This document shows, one piece after another, positions 9,549-21,466 of a stretch of DNA of 64,000 nt. Position 1 is the first letter of the stretch. Every line of letters starts with the position of its first letter. Where the stretch lies: the NCBI GenBank assembly GCA_964487475.1, contig CAZAPM010000003.1:62778-126777 (forward strand), in the 5' to 3' direction. A program made the position numbers and the translations under genes. The stretch is from an uncultured Planctomycetales bacterium. GTDB taxonomy: Bacteria > Omnitrophota > Gorgyraeia > Gygaellales > Profunditerraquicolaceae. A model generated the notes under the pieces. The model ran no database searches and was not told the DNA's origin. It worked only from the letters and a program-made list of their open reading frames with translations.

Positions 9549-9591
9549 AAGCGCAAAGCATTGAATTTTCCTTGTGGCGTGCTTTGCGCTT
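9549..9591 (-). terminator. Strong hairpin (11-bp perfect stem aagcgcaaagc/gctttgcgctt, 21-nt loop) between the GH57 gene and uppS
   Basis: Perfect inverted repeat. On the minus strand it is followed by a U-rich stretch (CUUUUGGCUUAUU). Likely an intrinsic terminator or attenuator. Confidence 0.4.
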
Positions 9592-9608
9592 GCAGCCGGT
9601 TCCAGCTC

Positions 9609-11192
9609 CTACTGATGGGCCCTGAAATCGATATCCGGGAAGATATTATCCTTATATTCTATATCGCTGAGCCAGCGCTCGTCCACCGCCCCGGACTTGA
9701 CCTGTTCGTAGATATTGTTGAACCGCACCAGATGGTCCTTGGTCCGGCGCACCGCATAATCCACGTGCGTGCCGGTGCCCATGATGAACGCCCAGTCCGA
9801 GCTCTGCGCCAGCAGCAGTTCCCGCAGCGCCTGGTTCAACGCGCGCTTGGTCACGCCGTTGACGCCGTTGCTGCCGTACTGCCGGGTGAGTTCCGTCATC
9901 CTCTCGGAAGCCTGATGCAGATGGCGGTAGATCCAGTCATTGGGACCCTGGAGCCACATCTCGCTGTAGCCCTTATATCCCCAGCTCGACATCGACGGGG
10001 TGACCACCTGATTGCGGGGATTCTCCGCCAGATACTCCGCCGGAGTGGTCAGGCGCAGCGTCTTCTGGTCGAAATGGATCTTGCGGATCAGGAAATCCAG
10101 CCACATCGGTCCTTCATACCACCAATGCCCGTAAAGCTCCGCGTCATACGGGGAAAGGATGATGGGCTTCCTCCCCAGCATGTCATAAAGATACTCCGCC
10201 TGCTTCTCGCGGTTGAACATGAAATTCCCCGCATGCTCGGCGGCCTTTTCCATCGCCCGGTGCGGATTGTACGGCTGTTTCTCGTTGCCCGGCCCGGTGA
10301 TGCGGAAATACTTGATACCCGTATTGATCCTGATGCCGTCCGGATGGATGTACGGCTTGATGTACTCGAAATCAAGGTCGAAGCCGACGTCACGGTAGAA
10401 CTCCCGGTACATATAATCACCCGGATATCCTTCGATCGAGGACCAGACCTGCTTCGAGGATTCCAGATCGCGGGAGAACGCCGCCACCCCCGATTTGCAG
10501 TACACCGGCGCAAACACCCCGTACTTGGGACGGGGGGTTCCGTGCAGCACGCCGTGCGCATCGGTGATGAAGAACTTGATGCCCGCCTCTTTGAGGAACT
10601 CGTCGTCACCCGGATTATACCCGCACTCCGGAAGCCATATCCCGCGGGGTTTGCGGCCGAAATGCTGCTCGTAATGGGATACCGCCACCCGCACCTGCGC
10701 CCGCACCGAAGGCTTGACCACGTCCATCAGGGGGAAATAACCGTGGGTCGCCCCGCACGTGATGACCTCGAGCTTGCCCGCATCCTGCACCATCTTGAAG
10801 GCCTTGACCAGATTACGATGATAGCGTTCGAAAGTGTTGCGCGCCTCGTAGAAGCGGGTCAGGTACATCATGGCCAACGCGTTGAACTCCGGCTGCCAGC
10901 GGGTACGCTCCACCTCTTTATGCGCCAGCTCGATGAGCTTGCCGATATGCTTCATGTACCGCTGCTGCAGAAGCTCGTCGGCCAGCATGGAGATCAAGCT
11001 GGGCGAAAGCGTCATGGTGATGCGGAAATCCACCTTATCCTGGAGCAGCCGCTCGTACATGAGGATGAGCGGTATGTACGTCTCGGTAATGGCCTCGAAC
11101 AGCCAGTCTTCCTCGAGAAAATACTCGTGCTCGGGATGGCGCACGAACGGCAGGTGGCCGTGCAACACTATTGCCAGATACCCTTTGGTCAT
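9609..11192 (-). CDS. GH57-family 1,4-alpha-glucan branching enzyme
   Basis: 527 aa with the N-terminal GH57 signature (LAIVLHGHLPFVRHPE), catalytic Glu/Asp regions and a DUF1957-like C-terminal helical domain. Confidence 0.8.
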   Translation of the reverse strand: MTKGYLAIVLHGHLPFVRHPEHEYFLEEDWLFEAITETYIPLILMYERLLQDKVDFRITMTLSPSLISMLADELLQQRYMKHIGKLIELAHKEVERTRWQPEFNALAMMYLTRFYEARNTFERYHRNLVKAFKMVQDAGKLEVITCGATHGYFPLMDVVKPSVRAQVRVAVSHYEQHFGRKPRGIWLPECGYNPGDDEFLKEAGIKFFITDAHGVLHGTPRPKYGVFAPVYCKSGVAAFSRDLESSKQVWSSIEGYPGDYMYREFYRDVGFDLDFEYIKPYIHPDGIRINTGIKYFRITGPGNEKQPYNPHRAMEKAAEHAGNFMFNREKQAEYLYDMLGRKPIILSPYDAELYGHWWYEGPMWLDFLIRKIHFDQKTLRLTTPAEYLAENPRNQVVTPSMSSWGYKGYSEMWLQGPNDWIYRHLHQASERMTELTRQYGSNGVNGVTKRALNQALRELLLAQSSDWAFIMGTGTHVDYAVRRTKDHLVRFNNIYEQVKSGAVDERWLSDIEYKDNIFPDIDFRAHQ

Positions 11193-11224
11193 GTTCTCTC
11201 CGTGGCTTATCCTGGTGCTTTTGG

Positions 11225-12307
11225 TTATTTGGTTTCCCGGGTTACGATCGGGGTGATGGTCCGCGTCTCCACCTTATCGGAGGAGGTCGCGCTGCAGGGT
11301 ATCACCTGCTTGCCGTCGGGAAGCGCAAACCGCAGCGTGAACGTCCCGTCCGGCCGCAGTTTGACCTCTTTCCCCTGCACGGTCAGGGACGCGTCCGGTT
11401 CGGTGGCCCCGTAGACGATAAGCTCCGTGTTCACCCAGAACCAGAACTTGCGTCCGCGCGGTACCTTCTTCCCCGGACTGGTCATCGAAGCCATGCCCGG
11501 CGAAGCCAGCGCACCCGAGAAAAGCGCCTGGCGCATGCGTTCCTGCCAGCCTTTGCCCGGAGAGCTTTTTCCGAAACCGAATCCCATCCCGTACAAACGG
11601 GCGAACATCTCTTCGGGCACCATCCACTCCTCGTCCGTCATCCAGGAGGCCCCTTCCAGGGGAGTATGCACCACATTGGAACGGGCGATGGCGATGAACT
11701 CGCCGCTTTGCAAAAGCAGACCCACTTCCACGCACCAGGAACGTCCGGGCCCCTGCGAATCGATGTACCAGCTGTTGGCATGGAACCCTACCTCGATATC
11801 GAAGAAGCGGTGCGCGTTCTTTCCGTTGAAATTGATATTGGTGACGTCATACACCCGCACCACCAGTTTGGCCCCGTGAAAGGAATTGCCCAACTGCTGC
11901 TGCAGCCTGTCGATCGTCTGCTGGGTCACCTCCCAGTACGTATGCAGCCACCGGGGGTCACGCACCATCAGCGCGATCTTGTCCTGGCCGTAGCGATGCG
12001 GAAGCTCCTGCATCAGACGGCGCATCTCGACCGTAGGAGCGGGATTGGAGAATTTGGCCTTTCCCACGGCCACTTCCTGGGTGCCGATGACCGCCTGCTG
12101 CGCCGTCGCCATGCGCGCCGCCACCGGAGACGTTTCCGCCGCCGCTTTCCTGCGGCCGCGCACCGCTCTTCCCGCGGCCTTGACCTTGGCGATCTTCTCC
12201 TTGACCTTGGCGCGGACAGTCCCCTTCTTCGGCATCGCTTTCTTCAACTTATCCTTGATCTTGCGTACTATCGCCATCTTAGCCTCCTTGCCCAGAAAGG
12301 GCAACAC
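11225..12307 (-). CDS. DUF4912-like protein (Lys-rich N-terminus), a frequent GH57 neighbour
   Basis: 360 aa with a basic, low-complexity N-terminus and a conserved C-terminal domain. It pairs with the GH57 gene (inference). The true start may be the internal MAIVRK. Confidence 0.55.
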   Translation of the reverse strand: MLPFLGKEAKMAIVRKIKDKLKKAMPKKGTVRAKVKEKIAKVKAAGRAVRGRRKAAAETSPVAARMATAQQAVIGTQEVAVGKAKFSNPAPTVEMRRLMQELPHRYGQDKIALMVRDPRWLHTYWEVTQQTIDRLQQQLGNSFHGAKLVVRVYDVTNINFNGKNAHRFFDIEVGFHANSWYIDSQGPGRSWCVEVGLLLQSGEFIAIARSNVVHTPLEGASWMTDEEWMVPEEMFARLYGMGFGFGKSSPGKGWQERMRQALFSGALASPGMASMTSPGKKVPRGRKFWFWVNTELIVYGATEPDASLTVQGKEVKLRPDGTFTLRFALPDGKQVIPCSATSSDKVETRTITPIVTRETK

Positions 12308-12387
12308 TCAGCATACCTTTAAGCTGAGGTGTAAGCATGAAGAGCACCCGCCGCTCTACATCTCCCCCACTGACCTTCCGTAAGATG

Positions 12388-12410
12388 AAAAAAGGGAGAT
12401 ACCGTCTCCC
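12388..12410 (-). terminator. Rho-independent terminator (GGGAGA-uaccg-UCUCCC + U6 on the minus strand)
   Basis: A 6-bp GC-rich stem with a 5-nt loop is followed by TTTTTT on the minus strand, downstream of the 12501-12893 gene. Confidence 0.6.
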
Positions 12411-12500
12411 TTTATTGACACTTGATCTGCCTCCGTACACGCTCCTTGTTATATCATGGCGCTAATACACCACTGTCATTCTCCGGCTCCACCGTGGCAC

Positions 12501-12893
12501 CTATTTTTTCGTTTTGCCGGCTGCGCTTCTGTCAGACAAAGCTTCCTTGAGATTTTCCTCAAGCGCATCTTTAAGCCGGTTGACCTTCCCGATCTCCTCC
12601 TTAAGGCTATCCGAGATCATCTGCTCCTGGGTCAGGGCGCTCCTCGCCTCCGCCAGGGCCTTCTTGGTCTCTTCGAGCTCCTTGGAAGAACGGTCGGACC
12701 CGCTTTTCAGCTTCGCCAGATCACTGGTACACTTCTCCAGCTTTTCCTCGGCATCAAGACGCTTGGACATCTCGCTGTCCTTTTTACCCCGGATCTTGGA
12801 AAGGGCGCTGCAGGAACCTATCGTGCTCACGAAAAAGATCGCCGCCACTACCGCCAATATCCAGATGAGCCTGGTCTTCAATGCGTCATTCAT
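12501..12893 (-). CDS. Membrane-anchored coiled-coil protein, hypothetical
   Basis: 130 aa with an N-terminal TM helix and a Lys/Glu-rich heptad region. No recognisable catalytic motif. Confidence 0.55.
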   Translation of the reverse strand: MNDALKTRLIWILAVVAAIFFVSTIGSCSALSKIRGKKDSEMSKRLDAEEKLEKCTSDLAKLKSGSDRSSKELEETKKALAEARSALTQEQMISDSLKEEIGKVNRLKDALEENLKEALSDRSAAGKTKK

Positions 12894-12917
12894 GGGGTGC
12901 GCTCTCCTCAGTCGGAA

Positions 12918-13571
12918 CTACTTAAGGTTCTCCGCTCTTTCCGCAGGCGCCACAGGTACGGCAGCCGAATCTTTCACCTTGGTAAGCTTAGGCAGGATCA
13001 CCACTTCCACCCGCCGGTTCCGGGCCTTGCCCTCCGGGGTATCGTTCGAAGCGATCGGCTTGAACTCACCGTACGCGCTGATCGAAAGCCGGCGCGGTTC
13101 TATCTGCGCCTGCTCGGTGAGGAAATGCAATACGCTCAATGCCCGCGCGCTGGAAAGCTCCCAGTTCGATTTCCATCCGGAGAACTTGATCGGCTGGTTG
13201 TCGGTATGGCCTTCGATGCCCACAAAAAGGTCCGGCACGTTCTCCCGCAGCACCCGCGCCACTTTGTCGATGGAGGCGAAGGTCTCCGGCTTTAACTTGG
13301 CCTTGCCGGAATCGAAAAGCACGTCCGCGACAAAAGTGATCACCAGACCCTTTTCCATCATCTTGAGGCTGACCTGCTTATCGTTGATCTCCTGCGCCAG
13401 GCGCTCCTCCAGCAGCTGCTTGGTACGGGTAAGCTCGTCCAGCTGCTGAGAGAGGGTCTCGATCTTCTCCACATCCGAACGCCGGCCCTTCTGGAACACA
13501 AAGGTACACCCGGCAAAAGACACCAAGGCACACACCGCGACACTTACCTTAATTATATTAAAAAACCGCAT
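12918..13571 (-). CDS. OmpA/MotB-family lipoprotein (peptidoglycan-binding)
   Basis: Lipoprotein signal (..LVSFAGC), a coiled-coil region and a C-terminal OmpA_C-like domain (..GHTDN..NWELSSARA..RRVEV). Confidence 0.8.
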   Translation of the reverse strand: MRFFNIIKVSVAVCALVSFAGCTFVFQKGRRSDVEKIETLSQQLDELTRTKQLLEERLAQEINDKQVSLKMMEKGLVITFVADVLFDSGKAKLKPETFASIDKVARVLRENVPDLFVGIEGHTDNQPIKFSGWKSNWELSSARALSVLHFLTEQAQIEPRRLSISAYGEFKPIASNDTPEGKARNRRVEVVILPKLTKVKDSAAVPVAPAERAENLK

Positions 13572-13607
13572 CTCAACCTCCCGAAAAAATTTTAACAATG
13601 GAATTTA

Positions 13608-13636
13608 ACTATAACACGGACAACCGTTTTCGTCAA
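13608..13636 (-). promoter_or_regulatory. Sigma-70 promoter: TTGACG -17 nt- (TGt)TATAGT, ~30 nt upstream of the OmpA-like gene
   Basis: The minus-strand sequence TTGACGaaaacggttgtccgTGtTATAGT has a near-consensus -35, an extended -10 and a 17-nt spacer. Confidence 0.5.
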
Positions 13637-13648
13637 GAAAAACTCGGC

Positions 13649-16202
<2,554 letters not shown>

Positions 16203-16215
16203 GATCGTTCTCCCG

Positions 16216-18003
16216 TTATTGACTGACTGTGTTTCTTTTTAACACCTTCTGCAACTCCTCGGCCGACGGCACTGCCTTTCCGGCGAAGATCACCTTATTG
16301 TCCGCCAGGAACACAGGGCCGAGCATGATCTGCAGCTCTTTGTTCAACGCGATATTCTCGCGCAGCAGCGCCGCACCCTCTTCGGAACGGGCACAGGCCT
16401 TGATGACCGCCGGATCCATCCCCAGCGCGCATTCATCCCACCAGGTGCTGTTCCAGGCCTTGGCCCGGCAGCGCAGATACGGGATAAAGGACTGCGGATA
16501 ATGCTTCTTCACGCACACCCCGCGCAATGATTCCTCGACTTCCGGCGTACCGCTGGCGGCCTCGAACCGGCCCCCCTGCTCGACCGCCAGGAAATGCAAC
16601 TGGGGATCGAACCCCTGCAGCGAATCCAGCAGCTTCTCCGCCGAAGGGTTGGTGATGCTGAAGAACACGTCCAGCGCGCCCTTACGCTCGGGGCGGTCCA
16701 GGAACACGTCTATTCCGGAGAGCTCGGTCTTGGACAGATAATATCCGTCCTTCTCCTGGAGTTTTCCGGAGAAACCGGGATAAGACTTGTCGGCGGCAAC
16801 TTCCGGCCCGAAAATAAAGACCGGCAGCGTCGATATCCCGAAACGCTTGATCAAAGCCTCCGCTTCCGGACCGGGATACTCCACTGCCCGCGCTTCCAGG
16901 CTCGGCATATACTTCTTGAAACCCTGCGCATACACCTGCGGAGGCTGGCAGCCTATGCACTCCTTATGGGTCACCACGGTCAAATGCACCGGAGGATGTT
17001 CCGGGAAACGGCAGCTGGCCTGAGGCGTACCTGCGCCTTCACACTCCCCACGCACCCCGCGTAATTTACAGTTGGCATCCACGAAACAGGCGGGGATGCT
17101 CGCGCTCATCGCCGGGTCATCCGGCACCGCGTCGGAAAGACGCACCAGGTCGGCGTTGAAATCCGTAACCTCGTTGCCCCGGAACGCAAAGGACAGCACC
17201 CCCAGCCGCCGGCCCTGCCAGGAGGACCTGACCAGATACGCGCCGTCAGCCTTCACGAAAGGCTCCCGGAAAGAAGCATACCCTCCGATCAGGATATGCA
17301 CTCCCTTGACCTGGGAGAGAAGCTCCCGGTTGCCGGCCTCGCTCAAAGAACTGAGCACAATGATCGGCCCCGCGCCGGCGGCCTTCGCCTGCGCGATCGC
17401 TTCCGGCAACGCTTTCACCGGATCGGTCCAGGGGACCTGCGACTCCCGCGCCCCGGTGATCCCGATGAGCGCTACCTTATGTCCGGCCGTTTCCCTGATC
17501 AGGTACGGCAGCACGCCCTTCATGCGGATATTGCACGACACCAGGGGCAGGCCGTGCTGAGCGCTTTGCCCGGCGAGAAAATCCTCTCCCCAGGCCAGCT
17601 CCTCCGGCCCGACCGCGGCCGCGGTATACTTCATCATCCCCATCCCCCGGCACATGTACTCGCTGCGCGCCCTGTCCAGCTCGACGTTTTGCGCATACTC
17701 GTCCATCTGCCCGCCGGCGGTAAAACGGCCGGCGTCGACCACCAGCGCCTGAGGATACTTATCCCGCAGCTGCGCGAGCAACGTCGCGCGCCGCGCCAGG
17801 CTGCCGTCGGTCTCGGTGGGACAATTACAGGTATAAAGCAGTCCGTGCACCTCTCCGGTGTACATGACCACCACCTGCTCGGGATAGTGCGTCCGGCCGA
17901 ACCATCCCGGCATGAACCATACGCCCGCGGCCACCGCTGCGGCCACGGCATATCCCACCACCCTGCGTTTCCAGTCAGGCCACTTTTTGGGGGACTTGGG
18001 CAT
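16216..18003 (-). CDS. Membrane-anchored fusion: degenerate 5'-nucleotidase/metallophosphatase-like domain + DsbA/thioredoxin-like CxxC domain
   Basis: N-terminal TM helix (start taken at MPKSPKKW). The N-half aligns to 5'-NT (..VDAGRF.., ..PLVSCNI.., ..LPYLIRETAGHKVALIGITG..) but the metal ligands are replaced (GEVHG, DAGR, GPEELA). The C-half carries a CIGC motif within a DsbA-like fold. Confidence 0.55.
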   Translation of the reverse strand: MPKSPKKWPDWKRRVVGYAVAAAVAAGVWFMPGWFGRTHYPEQVVVMYTGEVHGLLYTCNCPTETDGSLARRATLLAQLRDKYPQALVVDAGRFTAGGQMDEYAQNVELDRARSEYMCRGMGMMKYTAAAVGPEELAWGEDFLAGQSAQHGLPLVSCNIRMKGVLPYLIRETAGHKVALIGITGARESQVPWTDPVKALPEAIAQAKAAGAGPIIVLSSLSEAGNRELLSQVKGVHILIGGYASFREPFVKADGAYLVRSSWQGRRLGVLSFAFRGNEVTDFNADLVRLSDAVPDDPAMSASIPACFVDANCKLRGVRGECEGAGTPQASCRFPEHPPVHLTVVTHKECIGCQPPQVYAQGFKKYMPSLEARAVEYPGPEAEALIKRFGISTLPVFIFGPEVAADKSYPGFSGKLQEKDGYYLSKTELSGIDVFLDRPERKGALDVFFSITNPSAEKLLDSLQGFDPQLHFLAVEQGGRFEAASGTPEVEESLRGVCVKKHYPQSFIPYLRCRAKAWNSTWWDECALGMDPAVIKACARSEEGAALLRENIALNKELQIMLGPVFLADNKVIFAGKAVPSAEELQKVLKRNTVSQ

Positions 18004-18004
18004 C

Positions 18005-19591
18005 TTACGTCCTGATAGGTTTGACCTCGAGCACGTTCTCGATCCGGCGCACCTTTTCCAGGAGCTCGGGAGAAAGCGGGCTGTCGACATTAAGCACGCT
18101 GATGGCCCTTCCGCCCGGCTTATCCCGGCCGAAGGTCATCGCGGCGATATTGATACCGTGCTGCCCCATGATCGTCCCCAGCGCGCCGATGATCCCGGGA
18201 CGGTCCCAGTTCTTGATGAAGACCATCTCGCCCACCGGATACAGCTCGACGTAGTATTCGTCGATCTTGACGATCCTCGGCTGCTTGTTGGAAGAGAGCG
18301 TGCCGGCGATCTTCTTGACCTCTTTATCCGTCTTGATCTCCAGCTGGATCAGGGTCACGAACTCGTCCTCTTTCGAGGATTTGGCCTCGCGGATATTGAT
18401 CCCGCGCTCCCTGGCCAGGGAAACGGCGTTCACGAAATTGACCGTCTCCTTCAGGATCGGGGTAAGTATCCCCTTGACCAGGGACATGGTCAGCGGCGCG
18501 GAATCGTATTTGATGATCTCGCCGCTGTAGATGATATTGAGCTCCAGGAAACGGCCCTCCACCAGGCTGGAAGTGAACACGCCGATCTTCTCGCACAGCC
18601 GGATATACGGGTCGAGGATCTTGCAGGCCTCCGCTTCCAGGCAGGGATAATTCGCGGCGTTCCTGATCCCGCGGCCCAGAAGCGCGTCGCGCACGATCTC
18701 CGCCACCTCGATCGCCACGTTGACCTGCGCCTCTTCGGTGGAAGCGCCCAGGTGCGGGGTAACGATCACGTTATCGAGGGTGAGCAGTTCGTTATCCGCG
18801 TTGACCGGCTCTTTCTCGAACACGTCCAGCGCCGCGGCCGCGACCTTGCCCTCCTTGATCGCCTGCACCAGCGCCTTCTCGTCGACGATCCCGCCGCGCG
18901 CGCAATTGATGATACGCACGCCCTTCTTCATCTGTGCGAACTGCGCGGTAGAGATCATATGTTTGGTCTCGTCGGTAAGCGGGGTATGCACGGTGATGTA
19001 ATCGGACTCCGCGAAGATGTCCTTCAGTTCCGAGATCTCGATGCCCAGCTTTTCCGCGACCTCGCGGGAAAGGAACGGGTCATAGGCCTTGATGCGCATG
19101 CCGAAGGAAAGCGCCCGCTTGGCGACCTCGGTGCCGATGCGGCCCAGGCCCACCACGCCTAAGGTCTTCCCGTAAAGCTCGACCCCCATGAACTTCCCGC
19201 GTTTCCACTCCCCCTTGCGGGTGGAGGCGTTCGCCTGGGGGATGTTGCGGGACAGGGACATCAGCATGCTGAAGGTATGCTCCGCCGTGGACATGGTATT
19301 GCCCGCGGGAGTGTTCATCACGATGATCCCCTTCTGGGTGGCGGCAGCCAAGTCCACGTTATCCAGCCCCACTCCGGCGCGTCCGACCACTTTGAGCTTC
19401 GAGGCGGCCTCGATGATCTCTTTCGTCACCTTGGTGGCGCTGCGCACGATAAGCGCGTCATACTCTTTCACGATCTCTTTGAGCTGCTCGGGCTTAAGGT
19501 CCGTCTTGACGTCCACCTGGAACTCCTTGACGTCCTGCAGCACCTTCAATCCTTCATCCGACAACGCATCACTTACCAGTACCTTGATCAT
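18005..19591 (-). CDS. serA: D-3-phosphoglycerate dehydrogenase (with ASB and ACT domains)
   Basis: 528 aa with GLGRIG Rossmann motif, catalytic R/H/E, and a C-terminal ACT domain. Confidence 0.95.
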   Translation of the reverse strand: MIKVLVSDALSDEGLKVLQDVKEFQVDVKTDLKPEQLKEIVKEYDALIVRSATKVTKEIIEAASKLKVVGRAGVGLDNVDLAAATQKGIIVMNTPAGNTMSTAEHTFSMLMSLSRNIPQANASTRKGEWKRGKFMGVELYGKTLGVVGLGRIGTEVAKRALSFGMRIKAYDPFLSREVAEKLGIEISELKDIFAESDYITVHTPLTDETKHMISTAQFAQMKKGVRIINCARGGIVDEKALVQAIKEGKVAAAALDVFEKEPVNADNELLTLDNVIVTPHLGASTEEAQVNVAIEVAEIVRDALLGRGIRNAANYPCLEAEACKILDPYIRLCEKIGVFTSSLVEGRFLELNIIYSGEIIKYDSAPLTMSLVKGILTPILKETVNFVNAVSLARERGINIREAKSSKEDEFVTLIQLEIKTDKEVKKIAGTLSSNKQPRIVKIDEYYVELYPVGEMVFIKNWDRPGIIGALGTIMGQHGINIAAMTFGRDKPGGRAISVLNVDSPLSPELLEKVRRIENVLEVKPIRT

Positions 19592-19607
19592 CTATGCTCG
19601 CCTTTCT

Positions 19608-20744
19608 TTATTTCAGGAACACCTCTTGCGCCGCCTTGACACCGGCGCCCAATGTGAATTTATATCCCATCTGTGCCAGGACCTTCTCCAGGCACGATAC
19701 TCCCACGATGATATCGAACTCCTCGATGAAGCCCATATGCGCGAAACGGAACACCTTACCCTTGAGCTCATCCTGGCCTCCGGCGATGGTCACGCCGTAG
19801 GAATCGCGCATGGTCTTGACCAGTTTTTCCCCGTCGATACCGGCGGGCACGTTGACCGCGGTCACCACGTCCGAACCGGCTTCCGGCGCGAAAAGGGTCA
19901 TCCCCAGCGCCTGCACCGCCGCCCGGGTGGCATCCGCCATCTTTTTATGCCGGGCAAAGACCCCCGGCAGGCCGTCCTGCTTCATCATCTTGAGCGCTTC
20001 GTTGAGCGCGATCACCAGGGTGATGGCAGGAGTAAACGGCGTATCCGTGCTGGCCGCCGCCTTCCTGGCCTTGCGCAGGTCGAAATAATACCGGGGGGAA
20101 GTGCTCGCATCCACCATTTTCATGGCTTTGGGAGATACGGAAATGAACCCTAACCCCGGAGGAAGCATCAATCCCTTCTGGGAACCGGACACCACCACGT
20201 CCACATGCCAGGCATCCGCCTGCAGGTCGATCGCGCCCAAACCGCTGATGGCATCGACCACCAGCACTGCGGCGGTATCCTTGACCACGGCGCCAAGCGC
20301 GGCGATATCGGTGGCCACGCCGGTCGAGGTCTCGCACAGGGTCGCGAACACGACTTTGATCTTAGGGTTCGCCTTCAGGTGCTTCTCGACATCCGACGCC
20401 GCCACGGCTTTGCCCCAGGGGACCTTGATCACTTCGGCGGTGATGCCGTAGGCCTTGCACAGTTCCGTCCAGCGCTCACCGAATTTTCCCGCCTCCACCA
20501 CCAGCGCGGTCTCACCCGCAGAAAGCAGGTTCGAGACCGCGGCTTCCATCCCGCCCGTTCCCGAAGAGGTCAGGATATACACGTCATTGGCGGTCTGGAA
20601 CACGTACTTCAGCCCTTCGGCCGCTTCCTTCAGGACCGCCTGGAACTGCGGAGTACGGTGATGTATGATAGGCCTGGCCGCTGCCTCGCATACCTGCGGG
20701 GGAAGCGGGGTCGGGCCGGGAGTGAGCAGATAGTTCTTCCTCAT
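19608..20744 (-). CDS. Class V aminotransferase (AGXT/archaeal-type phosphoserine aminotransferase)
   Basis: 378 aa with PLP-lysine context SGSQKGL. Adjacency to serA suggests a SerC role (inference). Confidence 0.8.
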   Translation of the reverse strand: MRKNYLLTPGPTPLPPQVCEAAARPIIHHRTPQFQAVLKEAAEGLKYVFQTANDVYILTSSGTGGMEAAVSNLLSAGETALVVEAGKFGERWTELCKAYGITAEVIKVPWGKAVAASDVEKHLKANPKIKVVFATLCETSTGVATDIAALGAVVKDTAAVLVVDAISGLGAIDLQADAWHVDVVVSGSQKGLMLPPGLGFISVSPKAMKMVDASTSPRYYFDLRKARKAAASTDTPFTPAITLVIALNEALKMMKQDGLPGVFARHKKMADATRAAVQALGMTLFAPEAGSDVVTAVNVPAGIDGEKLVKTMRDSYGVTIAGGQDELKGKVFRFAHMGFIEEFDIIVGVSCLEKVLAQMGYKFTLGAGVKAAQEVFLK

Positions 20745-20773
20745 GATGGATCCTCCTGTTGCGATGTTCCTTA

Positions 20774-21385
20774 TTATTTCTTCGTTATCTTTTCCGGGAC
20801 GACCACGGTATCCACCAGGCCGTAGGCTTTCGCCTCGTCTGCAGACATGAAATAATCGCGGTCGGTGTCCTTGGTGACCTTATCCAGGGACTGGCCGGTA
20901 TGATGGCTGAGCATCTGGTTCAGACGGTCGCGCATCTTGAGGATCTCCGTCGCCTGACGGGAGATATCCTCGGCGCTTCCCTGCGCCCCTCCCCAGGGCT
21001 GATGGATCATCACCCGGGAATTCGGGAGGGCATACCGCTTGCCCTTCGTGCCGGCGGCCAGGAGCACCGCGCCCATGCTGGCGCACTGCCCCACGCAATA
21101 GGTCGCCACGTCGCATTTGACGAACTGCATGGTATCATAGATCGCCAATCCCGCGGTCACCGACCCCCCGGGGGAATTGATATAGATGTTGATATCTTTG
21201 CTCACATCCTCCATCTGCAGGAAAAGCAGCTGCGCAATGATCAGGTTGGCGACGATATCGTCGATCGGGGTGCCGATGAACACGATCCTGTCCTTCAGCA
21301 GACGCGAATAGATATCATAGGCGCGTTCGTACCCGCGGGACGTCTGTTCGATGACCATCGGGACCAGCTGAGCATGCATAGCCAT
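20774..21385 (-). CDS. clpP: ATP-dependent Clp protease proteolytic subunit
   Basis: Ser-His-Asp triad context ([19 protein letters not shown]). The start is at MAMHAQ, preceded by AAGGAGG with 5-nt spacing. Confidence 0.95.
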   Translation of the reverse strand: MAMHAQLVPMVIEQTSRGYERAYDIYSRLLKDRIVFIGTPIDDIVANLIIAQLLFLQMEDVSKDINIYINSPGGSVTAGLAIYDTMQFVKCDVATYCVGQCASMGAVLLAAGTKGKRYALPNSRVMIHQPWGGAQGSAEDISRQATEILKMRDRLNQMLSHHTGQSLDKVTKDTDRDYFMSADEAKAYGLVDTVVVPEKITKK

Positions 21386-21412
21386 ATGAACCTCCTTGCG
21401 TAGAAGACGCAA

Positions 21413-21466
21413 CACCCGCCGATCCGATAAGGCGGGGTGTCAGTTCCAACGGTTGTTCAACCGTTT
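21413..21466 (-). other. Two consecutive hairpins in the tig-clpP spacer (AACGGTTGAACAACCGTT; CACCCGCC-gatccgataa-GGCGGGGTG)
   Basis: A perfect 7-bp palindrome with a tetraloop lies directly at the tig stop, followed by a second 8-bp GC stem. Candidate attenuator/terminator; there is no U-tract. Confidence 0.35.
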
